DNA of 64,000 bases from Paramecium tetraurelia (lineage: Eukaryota): assembly GCA_000165425.1 (NCBI GenBank), contig CT868208.1, positions 310,001 through 374,000 of the forward strand, given 5' to 3'. Every line of letters begins with the position of its first letter. Position 1 is the stretch's first letter. The position numbers were made by a program, and so were the translations under genes. The notes beneath the pieces are model-generated. The model had not been told where the DNA came from. It worked only from the letters and a program-made list of their open reading frames with translations, and did not search any database. Of the stretch, positions 41,897 to 55,013 are shown one piece after another.

Positions 41897-42904
41897 ATGT
41901 TAATGTGTTGTAATTCAAAAAGATTAAAAACGGGTGAATCCCCAAACAGATCGAAATCAAAACCAAAACAACGAAACAGTGAGATCTGTCCGATGTTTAC
42001 AAAGGAACGATGGATAGAAATTATGAAGAGATCATTTGAAGACTAAGGATATTCAGAATTAAGTTATAATCTTAGACATAATTTTCCACTTGAATTGAGA
42101 TGTCAAGTTTGGTTTTGGCTTACAGAAAAAGCCAGAATCAAAAGTTGTTTATATCAAAAGCTTTAATTTGAATCACCATCTGAGCAATAAATACTTAAAG
42201 ATCTACACAGGAGTTTTCGATCAAAACGAAATACTAAGAGGATTTCTGGTTCTTCTGATTCTAGCTAACCAGATAAGAATTAAGAACAAGGAAAAGTTGA
42301 TTAGCAAAAATTAGACAAGTTGAAAAGGATTCTAATTGCATATTCGAACTTGGATAAGGAAGTTAAATATGTCTAGGGAATGAATTTTATAGCATCTTCT
42401 ATACTTGAACAGCTAGAATAAGAAGAATTGTGTTTCATAATTCTAAATCACATCTTAAACATTCAAAATTATAGAAAAGGTACAACATTATCATATTATT
42501 AAAAGTATTTTTAATGGATATGACAATCCTTGAGATTATTGATAAGCGGATTTAGTTTGAAGTTCCTCTTATTTATAATAAAATGTAAGAATTAAAAGTC
42601 AAACCACAATATTGTTTTGACACTTATATATTTTCATTGTTTTAACTTGTCAGAAAGGAATTAGCACATAGAATAATAGATATTTTCTTATTTGAAAAAG
42701 AATGTAAAATAAATTAAATACAAAAAAGCCATTTTGTAGACTGTTATCATATAATTACTAAAAATGCAATAAGTTGAAATTTTGAAGTGTCAAGATCAAG
42801 ATGAAATGATTATATATATAAGAAATGATCTTATAGAAGACGCCCTCGACAAATTGGATGATGGAAAGGATTATTTATCCTAGTTGCTTTCAATTCATTT
42901 ATGA
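41897..42904 (+). CDS. Rab-GAP TBC-domain protein
   Basis: PLELRCQVW, QILKDLHR (IxxDxxR finger), LKRILIAYS..YVQGMNFIA (YxQ finger). Confidence 0.88.
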
Positions 42905-43082
42905 ATATGCTACATTAATCAGAATATACTTATTGAAAAATATAAAAATAATTAATTATTTTGAAATAAGGACTTGGTAGTTATGATTTAAAAATCATAG
43001 ATTTTTCAAAATAAATCAAAATGGTTTCTAATTTTAAATTATTAATGAGTCTTAATATGCAATAATTAAATTAGTAAATAAT

Positions 43083-44083
43083 TCATATTTCTTTGAGAAT
43101 TTCTTTTGCTTGTTTGTTTTCAATTGAACCACTTTAAAGGTTCAATAACTTTAAAATATCATTAATCAAAAAGTTTAGCGAACTGTCTGATTATTAAATA
43201 GCTTTAGCTCTTAGAATTAAAGGACTATAATCAATATATTATGAAAGACCTTGATTCTGAGAGAGTAGAAAATGTTTTATGAAATAAAATACCTATTTTC
43301 TATATAAAAAAATACTTAAACACTTCTTTCATAATTTGATTAATCACATAATTTTGAGATTATCTATACGAATTAATTATCAACAATAAAACACAAATCC
43401 AAATGTTTTTCTAATAATTTGAAGAGAAAATTTAAAATTGTACAAGAATCTAAACTTAAATAATATTTTATTGAAGCTTGAAATCTTGAACTAAATAATT
43501 AATCAATTAGCCTATTGGTTAATGTTTCTTCTGGCAATTTAGAAATCAATTAGCAAATTTACTCTACATTTAGATTTGAATCTTGTAAATTTATCAACTC
43601 TATTAAATATAGCATAAACTCTTAAGTATAAAAGTTTGCAAATTTATATTTTGATAACATGGTTAATCCATTTAAAGCATAATCAATTAATTCTATATCT
43701 TGAAGTCTAATAACTTCAAAAAAGAAAGGTACAGCTTTCATTTGCTCTTGCTATATAAATTAACTATGGGATTCTCTACATAAAATAACAAGACCAGGTA
43801 TAAGAAGGTTGAAGTACTTCATAATTTAATTATAATTTGAAATGAATAGGTAGGAGAGATCAGAAATAAACCCTTATTTTATTATTTCAAATGTGTTTTC
43901 ACTCAAATTTTGGTAATATTGCTCAGCTTATTCAAAATTTACTTTCTCTAAACCCTCCAAAAATAAATGACTATCATTATTTTCAGCTTTCTTCAAATAT
44001 TGTTGTCTAGTAATGAAAAATTTCAGTTCTCTTTCAAATTTTCTTTTTTGGTGCATAAATTTTTCAACCTTTAATCTTAACAT
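43083..44083 (-). CDS. Hypothetical helical-repeat protein, possibly degenerate importin-alpha/ARM-like
   Basis: Open frame with one ~23-nt intron; basic N-terminus KVEKFMHQKRKFERE resembles an IBB-like segment; amphipathic helices follow. Confidence 0.5.
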
Positions 44084-44380
44084 CTAAGTATAAATAATAT
44101 TTATTTTTTAATTTTGTATTTTGCTTGAATGAAAAAATATTTTAAAACAATTCTGGATGCTTTTGGTGCTAATATAAAAAATTTAGAATACTGTTGCTAT
44201 TAAAATAATATATAATCGAAAATTTTAATTTATCATGAATATTGCTCAAAACTTGATATTTTCTTCCTCCTCTCCAATTTCATTTATAAAAATATATAAT
44301 TTGAGCCAAAATGGAAGATAAGGATCTTAAAATTAGGAGAAATATGATTATTTAAATCCTATTAAAAATCAATAATTTAA

Positions 44381-45289
44381 TATATGAAATATAGATGATC
44401 AAAACATACAACTTTCATATGTAGGTATCATGTATTTAATATTAATGTATGCATCTTCTCCTCCATTTTTTTCAAGTGTTTCTAATGTTTCTTGTATAAG
44501 ATCAGATAGATTTTCATTTTTTCTTTATGAATAATCAATTTTATCTCCAATATTTACTAAAATAAATGAGAATTGAAATATACATCTTTTATTCTTATAC
44601 ATATTCATAACAGGTAGTATTTATCTATAATAAGGAACTAAGGCTTCTCCTATCATTTATCCACTTTTGACTAATTTCTATATTTTCTTTAAGGTAATAC
44701 ACATAATATCATGATTCTTAGTTGCTAAGGCTTCTATTAAAGAATTTCATAAATATGAATATTTACTTTTGATAGGAATAATCAATTAAGGTAAGACTGA
44801 TAATATCTTAGTTTCTCCTTTTTATAATAATTCTTCACATCCATTGACAGCTAAGAATTTATAAGGATCTTCAGTTTCTCTGAGTCCTTCAAAGAATATA
44901 GGAAGATATAAATGATAATCTAAGCATTCAGGTTCACATTTCCAAACGATCTTTCTAACAGCTCCACTAAAATTAACAGCAATTGGAAGATCTCCACGAT
45001 CATAATATTTTTTAAATAGAGTCTATTCAATCATAGGCAAAGCTTAAAAGATCCCTGATTTTGGTACTTTTTATGGAGCTTGACTTTTCTTTGGAGCTAA
45101 TGATGAAGACACTAATAGTCATATAACTTAAATATTAATACTTCCACCTGTCCCTGCAAATTTATTACTAATATTCAATAAATTTGAACAGAATTTACCT
45201 GGTGATCTCTAAGGAGAATGTCCTTTTATTCTTTTATTTGTTGTTTATTACTGCAGCATACTTTATTTATTTTATATTAAATTAATTAT
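44381..45289. repeat. Left arm of ~909-bp inverted duplication (pairs with 51882-52790)
   Basis: Line-by-line reverse complement matches 51882-52790 with a single mismatch (45278/51893). Confidence 0.97.
44399..45259 (-). CDS. PACRG: Parkin co-regulated gene protein (axonemal inner-junction protein), copy A
   Basis: [72 protein letters not shown]. Confidence 0.96.
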
Positions 45290-45666
45290 ATTTTGTTTCA
45301 TTTATAATATTTCTTTTTAAACTCTTCTCACATAATAAAGTTTGGTTTCTCTAGCTATTAGAATTATTTTCGAAACATTTTTAAGAGTTTATTCACATTT
45401 TAATTATTTTCAAAAGATAAAAGCTCAAAAAGTATCCAATTTAAAGGAGCCCACTTTTAAAAGTCAAATTATAGCCGAAAAAACGAATGTATTTGTTTAA
45501 ATTTTAATATTCTTATAATTTTATTCACATCTTGATTATTTACTTTGCATTTCAAATCATATCCAAGTTTTATTCTAGCATTTATTTATTTATAATGATA
45601 ATTCATATAAGTGTTTGAAATTATAAAGTAATTATTAAATTTATTTTATATATATATTACACTAGC

Positions 45667-47185
45667 ATGGAAGTAAACTTTAATTAACTTGACATCCTTT
45701 TAAGATTGATTTAAGAAAGATCTGAGGATATTCGAGTGATGACAACAATAAATCAATAAGTATAAGCTAATTAGAAGACCATTGATATTGAATTCAATTA
45801 AGTTTAACAATCCCTTAGGCAAATGGGATTTAAAGTAATAGCTATGAAAAAACATGATAAACCTAGGTAGGATGAAGAAAACAAAATTTTAGAGTATCTT
45901 TCAAAAATCAATACGCTAAATCTTCCTGAGAGGATGTATATTTATAAATTTTGTTAAACTATAATAAAATTGTTCAAGCCAGAGATGCAGATAGTTAGAT
46001 TTAATTAAAAAGATACAAAAGACCTGTTATTGATGTTTAAATAATATTTCATGGCCGAGAATAATATTGAAATTTTATAATAAATCCAATAACTTATGAT
46101 GGATTAAGAATTTAAAGTAATTTATATATATCATATTGCAGATGACTTCAGCGTTAGTCCTTATAAAGATTTTAGTGAACAAATCTAGGGAAGATTTTCA
46201 TAATTTAATTCAAAGTACTTCTGCAATTGTTATATCAAAAATAAAAGCAAAACTATCTGAGCAACAATAACAATAAAAACATATTATGAATGAATAGCAA
46301 AAATCAACCGAACTACAAGATCCAGGATCAAATGAAAGCCCTAAAACCAAACTGTGGATTTAGAGAAAAGGCAGTAAATAAAGAGAATAATCGAGCTCTT
46401 TGGTTTACTAGAAGCCTACAATTATCCTCAGATCTGTCTCGATGGTAGATAAATTGCTAGTTGCCCAGTCTTAGTAATAATCTTATCAACAACAACTAAT
46501 GTAATAACAGTAATAGATGTACATCAATCCAGAGAGAGAATTAAAATTATAATTAAGAGCACAATAAAAGAAGTTAAAAAAGAAGCTACATTCTAATTAT
46601 AAAGCTATTTTAGATGTGGACTTTGATAATTATTGGGCTATGCATATTATTTTGAAAAAGAAATTCATCAAGCATTCAGATAAATATTGTAATTTAAAGT
46701 TATATATAGTTTTACAAAGAGGTGGATTCTACATTTGGAGTTAATTAAAGTTGTTTAATTAATCTATTAGATAAACCATAAACAACCATCAATTCAAAAG
46801 AGTAGAAAGCATTTAGGCAGATAAATTGACGAATGAGTAAGTTTAAGAGATACATCGAACATATAATACTACTTGTTAATCCCCAAGGAAGCTTCCATAA
46901 TTACCAAATGTACAATTAAAATCATAAAGTCCATAAATCATAAAATAAAATAAGTTTGTCCAAAATTTATCATTTTTACCATAGCTATAATTTAGAAATC
47001 AGCAACTTATCTAACAACAATAATAAGCTTATTCGCAAGTTTCATAGAAACCAATATCATTTTATGATCCAAATAAAGATTTTACTACATCAGCTTAAAG
47101 GTCTAATAAGTCATTAAATCTATCCTAAGACTAGATTCGCCACAAAAAATCTGAGCATAATTCTGAAATAATTCTCTACAAATGA
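45667..47185 (+). CDS. Hypothetical protein, Q-rich/coiled-coil
   Basis: Table-6 open frame MEVNFNQLDILLRLIQERSED... interrupted by several ~25-nt GT..AG introns; TGA at 47183-47185. Confidence 0.6.
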
Positions 47186-47245
47186 TTGATTGAGTAATTT
47201 TAACAATTAATAAATTCTCGTAAATAAATAATTTTAAAATTATTT

Positions 47246-47791
47246 ATGAGACAATAACAAGCTCATATTTAGACTCTCTAAACTATGGCAGCTAGACTCA
47301 GCTCAACAATCTCACATAGGAGGTCTGTAATGAATGATAGTTAGCAAATCTACAATAAACAACAAAATCTTTCAGTTAACCAATCCTTTAACAGTCCAAA
47401 AATCATATCCAACCATTAATCATTTATTATTTCATAGCGAGCAAATTAAAGTATCAGAGACAATGTTTAAAGCGTTCAATGTGCATCTCCATCTTTAAGA
47501 ATAAAAACAGAGATAATAGAGAAAGAGGATAAGAAATAACAATAATTTATTGATGCAACTATGAAATTATTGGCGCAAAACGAGAAATTAGAAAAATTAA
47601 TTTGTGAATAAAATGAAATGCTAGCATACTATAAATAGGACAAGCAGGAATTAGAATTTTAAATAAAGAGATTATCACAGGAAATTATATTTCTCAAAGA
47701 TACAAACTAAAAGAGAGTAATGGCTTTAGAGAGGGAGTTAAAGTAGGTTAAAGGAAAATCTTAACATTAACCTAAAAAATTTCTTAGATGA
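47246..47791 (+). CDS. Hypothetical coiled-coil protein
   Basis: 546-nt open frame; S/P-rich N-terminus then heptad-like LLAQNEKLEKLI..LEFQIKRL..LERELKQ. Confidence 0.65.
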
Positions 47792-48639
47792 ATGTTAATT
47801 ATTTTAAAATCTTAATTCTATTTTATTATTTGAATCATAATCATATTTTTTTCAGTAGGCATTACTTTTTAAACAGAAATTTTTGTTTTTAGAATTAGGT
47901 TTATCTCCAGAATTTAATTACCCAGATTAATATTGGATCTAAAATTAGTTCAACTAGAAAAAATTCATTGAATAAGTTCTTATGTTTCTATGATTTAATG
48001 AGCTTTTAATTCAAAGAAACTAAAAGTTTTTTAAGAATTGACTGGCTTAGGTTAATGAAAATAAAAACTAGAAAGCAAAAAAAACTATATTTGCACCCTA
48101 AAAATTATCCAAATATTAAATATATAAAGAATAATTATGCCATAAATTAATTTGAGGTATTATTTGATGGTGTTACTTTTACAGAACTGGTCTTTCGATT
48201 TTTTTGATTACAAAAATAAATACAAATAGGACAATTGAAAGCTATGAATTTCAACTACCAAAATATCATTAAATTTAAAGCCAAAGAAAATGAAAATAAA
48301 TACTTTCTTAAAATCGATGATTTTCATTTGATTTGATATAGTAGATAATGTCCGTTGTTAATTCGATTTTCCTAAAACAGGATTTGGAATTAAACTCATT
48401 ATAAAAATATTCTTCTGAAATGCAATTATATTTGGAATAGATAATTGCAAGGATACATAGATGCAGTATCAGAAACCGGAGCAATTTAAGAATCTCTTTA
48501 AATGCCAGAAGCAATAAAAATTATGAAATTTATATATAATTATGCAATTCCAAATCAAATTCTCCAGAAGGAGAATTAGCTCAGAAGAGCATGAATTAAG
48601 AAAAACAAAAGAAAGCAAAATGCAGATTGCCTTCCATTC

Positions 48640-49057
48640 TCAATCAGTAGCGTTAGTCTTGATGGGATTTCCGTGAATGAGCACCTGGATGTGAAATTGT
48701 TTTGTAATGTGTTGTCCTTTTGGGAGGATTTTGACGCCCGCAACCTTCTTCGTCATCTATTCTGTCTCGCTGGGAGGAGTTTTGGGAGAATCATTTTTTT
48801 TATATAGTTTTTTTGATTTATTATATTGGGATATGTGTTCAGACCATATGGCCTTACCCCAGGAGTAAGACATTTGTAATTCTTGGCAAGCCTAAAAAAT
48901 GTAAACAAGAGCATAATACTTCTTTTAAAGATTTTTTCTCATACAAAACACGTGTGAGGAACATCACTTTCTCTTTCGGACTTGGACCAACTCTATTAGA
49001 CTATTGTTTCTTCAATTATAGTTCAACTTAATATTTTAAATCAGCGAGAATGGGCAT
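48640..49057 (-). CDS. Small helix-turn-helix (homeodomain-like) DNA-binding protein
   Basis: After a 28-nt intron: EKVMFLTRVLYEKKSLKEACQELQMSYSWGKAIW, an HTH-type SxKEAxxxLxxSYSxxKxI pattern. Confidence 0.55.
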
Positions 49058-49665
49058 GAGTTTATGAAATTTAGGTAAATAATAAAGCTTAATATCCTTA
49101 GATCAACATACTTTTATCTCTCGATAATACGTCATCCAACAAGGTTTTAGTAGCAAATAACACTAATTATTTAGTGTGTTATCATGATCAAAAAAATACT
49201 AAATTCTTTCTCACCTCAAATTCACTTATCTTTCGAAAACACTTCACTTCACTTATTAAAAAGTTGGGAATGACCCATATAACATTGTGATTATGGAGAT
49301 AATATAGACTGAAACCTTTTCTTAAATTAAACTATCTGAATTAGTCTAAATATTTTAAGCACAATTCAACTTAAATCTAGGCAACCCTTATGATTTTCTT
49401 AACTCTAAAAATAGTATTATTTGGTTTAGAATACTGTGGTGAAGTCTCTTTCAACATTTATATTTAAGATTTATTCCCAATCCGAACAAGCATAGACAAA
49501 TTTATTAGAATATCATTTCTTCTAATCAAATTAGTGAATTGATTATACTCTGAATTCTTGTCTATGGATTCAATTTCAACCAAAAACCATAGAGCTGATT
49601 TGGAGGTAAAATTCAGAATGTAAATTAAATTAATTGAAACAGTTAATATATATAGATATAAATTA

Positions 49666-51585
49666 TCATAGTTTTGTAATTAATGATTCAAAAGCTATAT
49701 CTTATTGGAACAATGATGTCTTGAAATTGTTAGAGTTCTTTTAAGGAATATCTTGATCCTACATTAAATCCATCAAATATGTTGTTAAATATAGTAATTC
49801 TTTATCTAAAGCGTTGTCATAAAATGGTATAATAGGAATACCATTTTCTAATTAAAAGCAAAAAGAGTAGGATGCATTATCAATTAATACCATATCTTTT
49901 AAATTTCTATTCCCTATTACTCTTAAATCTTTGACATGTAATCCATCTTATATTACAACACAACTATCCCTGAAAAATCTATGATGGATAAACTTTTTAT
50001 CAGGATCCAGATAGTTTAGTACTTTTTAGGCATAGCATTCATGGGAAGCTGTGAATACAATTATTTCATATTTTTATGACAGAAGCTAAAGCATGTCTTT
50101 ACAATATGGTCTAATATTAATTCCTGCTTCAACGGTTTCTCCTGTAGGAAACTTTATTGTTAACACTATATCACTTGGATCGTCATTTGATTCTTGACAA
50201 TGAATCAGTGTTTCATCTAAATCAAATACAATACTTTTTGAAACTACTTATAAATAAAATATGTACATTTATTTGGAGGTAAATTTACTATTTTTTGTTT
50301 TATCTCTTCTAATTTAGGTTTCTGAGCATCTTTACAAAATTGTAGAGCATGAAAACTTTATTAAATATGGTCCAAATATATTTCGCAGAAGTATTATTAG
50401 GTTTTCAGACTATTATTAAATAGTTGCTTTATTTATGTTTCGAATTTTTTGTCTTTATGAAAAAATCTAGCAAATGACATGTAATATTGAAATTCTTAAA
50501 ATGGTGCTTAAGGTCCTATGCTAACCTTTTACATTTGTGTAAATTTTCTATCTCCTGACAAATTTCTAAGTTTTGATTTTGATTCTCTATGACTTACCAA
50601 TTATTCAGAAACTATAGAATTTTCTTTCGACCTTTTTTAACCATGTAAAGGAGAATTCATTCTTTTTCTATTTGGCTTTGTATTCACTGAAGTATTAACA
50701 GAATTTGAATTCTATTTTTATGGCATGAAATTTGCTCCTCTTGAAATTCTCGTTACATATTTGTTTATTGAAGTTTAATTAACTTATAAAGTATTTGATT
50801 AGACTACATTAACATTCTGATCTTATTCTTGTAAGACTGCTTATGATGCTTATGACAATAATGTTTATTATGTTGTTGAAAGAGATTAGTTTTCTTTAGG
50901 TTATGAAACACTTAAAACTATCTATGGGGTTATTTGTTATGTTTGCTACTAATTTTATTATGAACCTTAATTAAAAAAAGATGTGTTTTTGTATTTTGAG
51001 ATCAATTATTCTAATTTTTAAGTAGCCTCTGCATTTTCTATTTCCTTTATAACTTACTATTATTATGTCGATTCCTCAATAATTATTTATTGCACTTCTT
51101 TTTTACTATTGCTTCTTGATTCTCTTGTCAATTTAACTGTCTTTTATTTAATGCCCAAAGATGCAGCACTTTATCCAAATATAGTTCTTTAAATTAATGA
51201 TGCTTTTTTATTAGTTTTCTTTTCACTTTATTGATCTTAAATCCTTTAGGATTATAGTGGCTCAGTTGTAGAATTATCACTAAAATCATAAGAAATTTTA
51301 CGTTGGCTTTAAAGTCTCATTAGTTCGTTGAGATGCTTCTTATTTTATATTTGCAATAGGCTAACATAAAGAAGATGTCACCAACTAAATTTTATTAAAA
51401 TTATATAGTACCTTGTAACTGGGCTGACCGTTCTGATTTGTTTTATTAGATTTTGCAGAAGGCACTCTTTTTTGTGAATGGGATTTTTATGAAGATTTTG
51501 GTCTCTAATTTACTAAGGCTTACAATAGAGAGCTCGAACTCTATTAGTGGTTAAGATTAACTATTGACATATTTGTGCGAAGCAT
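49666..51585 (-). CDS. FCP1/SCP-family (NLI-interacting factor) CTD-like phosphatase, HAD superfamily
   Basis: VFDLDETLIHC, INIRPY, IIVFTAS..YA..VLNYLDP, HRFFRDSC, VKDLRV, LIDNAS..FQLENGIPIIPF; long low-complexity N-terminus. Confidence 0.93.
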
Positions 51586-51881
51586 GCCTTTATTTTTCAA
51601 AATAATATTATCGTTAGAATATTTATTGTTTAAAATACTTAAAATGAATTATATTATAAGATTTCTTTAACTATTAAAGTTGAACTCGATATTTTATTGT
51701 TGAAAATATCTTTGATGTGTTAGGTTTTGTTGAGAAATCATAATTATAAAGAATGGGGATTTTAGGCGCTTGAAAAATAGTTTAACTTGGCACTCAAACT
51801 TTAAAGTCTGTCAAATAGTTCTTAGTTGAAACACGAAAATAATTATCCAAAATAACTTAAGTGCATGCAACATCAGGTTAG

Positions 51882-52790
51882 ATAATTAATTTTATATAAA
51901 ATAAATAAAGTATGCTGCAGTAATAAACAACAAATAAAAGAATAAAAGGACATTCTCCTTAGAGATCACCAGGTAAATTCTGTTCAAATTTATTGAATAT
52001 TAGTAATAAATTTGCAGGGACAGGTGGAAGTATTAATATTTAAGTTATATGACTATTAGTGTCTTCATCATTAGCTCCAAAGAAAAGTCAAGCTCCATAA
52101 AAAGTACCAAAATCAGGGATCTTTTAAGCTTTGCCTATGATTGAATAGACTCTATTTAAAAAATATTATGATCGTGGAGATCTTCCAATTGCTGTTAATT
52201 TTAGTGGAGCTGTTAGAAAGATCGTTTGGAAATGTGAACCTGAATGCTTAGATTATCATTTATATCTTCCTATATTCTTTGAAGGACTCAGAGAAACTGA
52301 AGATCCTTATAAATTCTTAGCTGTCAATGGATGTGAAGAATTATTATAAAAAGGAGAAACTAAGATATTATCAGTCTTACCTTAATTGATTATTCCTATC
52401 AAAAGTAAATATTCATATTTATGAAATTCTTTAATAGAAGCCTTAGCAACTAAGAATCATGATATTATGTGTATTACCTTAAAGAAAATATAGAAATTAG
52501 TCAAAAGTGGATAAATGATAGGAGAAGCCTTAGTTCCTTATTATAGATAAATACTACCTGTTATGAATATGTATAAGAATAAAAGATGTATATTTCAATT
52601 CTCATTTATTTTAGTAAATATTGGAGATAAAATTGATTATTCATAAAGAAAAAATGAAAATCTATCTGATCTTATACAAGAAACATTAGAAACACTTGAA
52701 AAAAATGGAGGAGAAGATGCATACATTAATATTAAATACATGATACCTACATATGAAAGTTGTATGTTTTGATCATCTATATTTCATATA
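51882..52790. repeat. Right arm of ~909-bp inverted duplication (pairs with 44381-45289)
   Basis: Reverse complement of 44381-45289. Confidence 0.97.
51912..52772 (+). CDS. PACRG: Parkin co-regulated gene protein, copy B (identical to copy A)
   Basis: Same motifs as copy A; introns 52030-52059, 52405-52437 and 52588-52614; 256 aa. Confidence 0.96.
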
Positions 52791-52850
52791 CATTGGAAAT
52801 TATGAATTTATATCGAATCAATATATTCATAAATATAAAAATTATTATTC

Positions 52851-53621
52851 ATGATTTATACAGGAAAAAAGTAAAGAGCTACAGAAAAAGAAACAAAAGA
52901 AAATAAATTAGGATAACTCTAAAAAAGTTAGGCTAAATAAGTAGAATAGTTAACTTTGATATATGATGTTTTTTAAAAAAATCTACATCAATTTGCAGGA
53001 AAATATAGAGATGAAATCTCAAAGAATCCTGATTTTAGAGAAAAGTTTAATGAATTATGCGATAAAATGGATGTCAATCCAATGATGTCGAAAAAGACTA
53101 TTTGGAGTGATTTAGGTTTCGGAGATTTTTATAATGAGTTAGCTGTAAATTATTGATAATATGAAAAGATCAAAATTCTAGATATTTGTGCTAAAAAATA
53201 TGCCATTTATGGTGGAATTACTAAAATCACTGACATAATTGATGAATTCAGGAAGGTTTATGGAATGAAGGTTTCTAAATCTGATATTGAGAGAGCAATA
53301 AATACTGTATCATCCTTGGGGGGTTGCCATATTCATAACAAATATGTGTACACAGTTCCTATAGAGATGAGTCCTGATTTTAATTTGTTATTGGAAGTAG
53401 CAGAAGAAGAAAGGTTTGTGAATGAAAAAATTATGTAAGTGAAGAAAGGTTGGACAAAGGAAAGATTTTATCAAAAAATTTAAGTATTATAAAGGGAAGG
53501 ACTGGTTTGGGCAGATAAAAAAACACAAACTAAAATTGTAGATTATTATTTCCCTTCTCTTTTAAATACATATTTTGATCCTATGAGAAGTTAAATGATT
53601 ATGCAATAATTAAAATAATGA
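52851..53621 (+). CDS. SNF8: ESCRT-II subunit Vps22/SNF8 (EAP30)
   Basis: FAGKYRDEISKNPDFREKF..C..DVNPM.SKK..W..LGFGDFYNELA, DIERAI..LGG, VYTVPIEMS, GWTKER, EGLVWAD..YYFPSL. Confidence 0.92.
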
Positions 53622-53995
53622 GTACAAAATTGGATCTGATCTTATTATCATTTAAATATAATATATTATTTATCTTTATTTAAACAAAATGTTAATTATT
53701 ATAATTCAATATATCCTAAAAGTGAAACTTCTCAAAACCATGCTTGGTGCTAAACTATTTTTAAACTTACATATTACAATGAAATTATCATTTATTAATT
53801 TAATTTACAGATAACTAATTCAACCTAAATATGCATGTATTAAAAACATCTTGAGCAACCTAATTGAAATGGACGTCTAAGATCAGGAAGCAGAATAATT
53901 TTTTAGTTTTTGGATAATAAAAATCAACAAACATTATTCGAAAATTAATTATCATTATATATTGCATTTTCTAAAGTTCCAATTTTTGATTAAAT

Positions 53996-54984
53996 ATGTT
54001 GACAAATAATAGTACTGATTCCATTCTCGAAAGCATTTTAAAAGAAATATTGTCAGAAGTATTAGTTTTAAGTGTAAATATAGATGTTGTAATTACTTGA
54101 ATAGAATATAAGATCGTAAGAGGAGTTGCAAATCATATAAGATCATCTGCAAGATTATGAGAATTTGCAACAGTTAGCAGAAACTATGAAATTTATCATC
54201 AATCTGCTTAGAAAAAAGCTCAAAGGAACTAATAATTAAGAGAAATATTTCAAATGCGAATCAAAATCAGAGAACTATCAAAAATTAGAATAGGCTATTC
54301 AAAAATAAGAATAGGACATAAGAATTCACATTAGGGTATGATCAAATGATATATAGATTTAGATAGGCTTAACATGAGATGAAGATATACATTGATACAA
54401 TGTAATAATAATTAGAGGAATCAGAATAAATTAGAAAAGAATATCTTCAAGAAACAACTAAATTAATTCAAGTAATATTTGAGTTTAATTTAGAAACTTA
54501 AAAAAGAAAATCATAATCTGATTCAACAATTGAAACATTATACACAATCCTAAAAATAATAAACTGCATAAAATTCTAGGAGAGATAGCACATAAACAAT
54601 AAATGTTATTTTCTAAAAATAACCATCTAAATCAAATCATTTAGGAAATAATTAAGAGAAATAAGAACCATGGAATAATAGCTAAATAATTAAATGGCAA
54701 TTAACTTAAAATAATAGTTAAATTCAATTATTAAAAAATAAGGATTCTTAGAGATCATTGACTTAGAGATACATAAAAGCAAAGTACTAATTTATATATA
54801 TAAATAAATAGTAGAAATAAGAGTTATTCTATAGGAATAAGCAAATAGAACTCCATTAATGGCAGTTTTATTTAGAAACTGATGATTAGAATAGGGATCG
54901 AAAAGAAAGAGTTTACATGCAGAAAGTCATCGATCCAAAGGATCCAAAGGTTTCACAGATCAACAGAAATTATCATAAAAATGA
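53996..54984 (+). CDS. Hypothetical coiled-coil protein
   Basis: Spliced frame with YQKLEQAIQKQEQDIRIHIR..HEMKIYID heptads; several short introns. Confidence 0.62.
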
Positions 54985-55013
54985 AATGTTATTCATAAAT
55001 TTTATTATTTTTA

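Noticed and set aside
47800..48640. Short ORF fragments or possible pseudogene
   Set aside because: Frames are interrupted by TGA and show no recognisable family
51973..52003. Intron-like GTAAAT..TAG segment in PACRG
   Set aside because: Removing it breaks the frame; the unspliced sequence is in frame with the conserved PACRG domain
44381..52790. Transposon or giant IES with 0.9-kb terminal inverted repeats and TA ends
   Set aside because: The arms are a host gene and no DDE transposase lies inside. TA at both ends follows from the symmetry in AT-rich DNA, and TATATGAA fits the IES end consensus poorly
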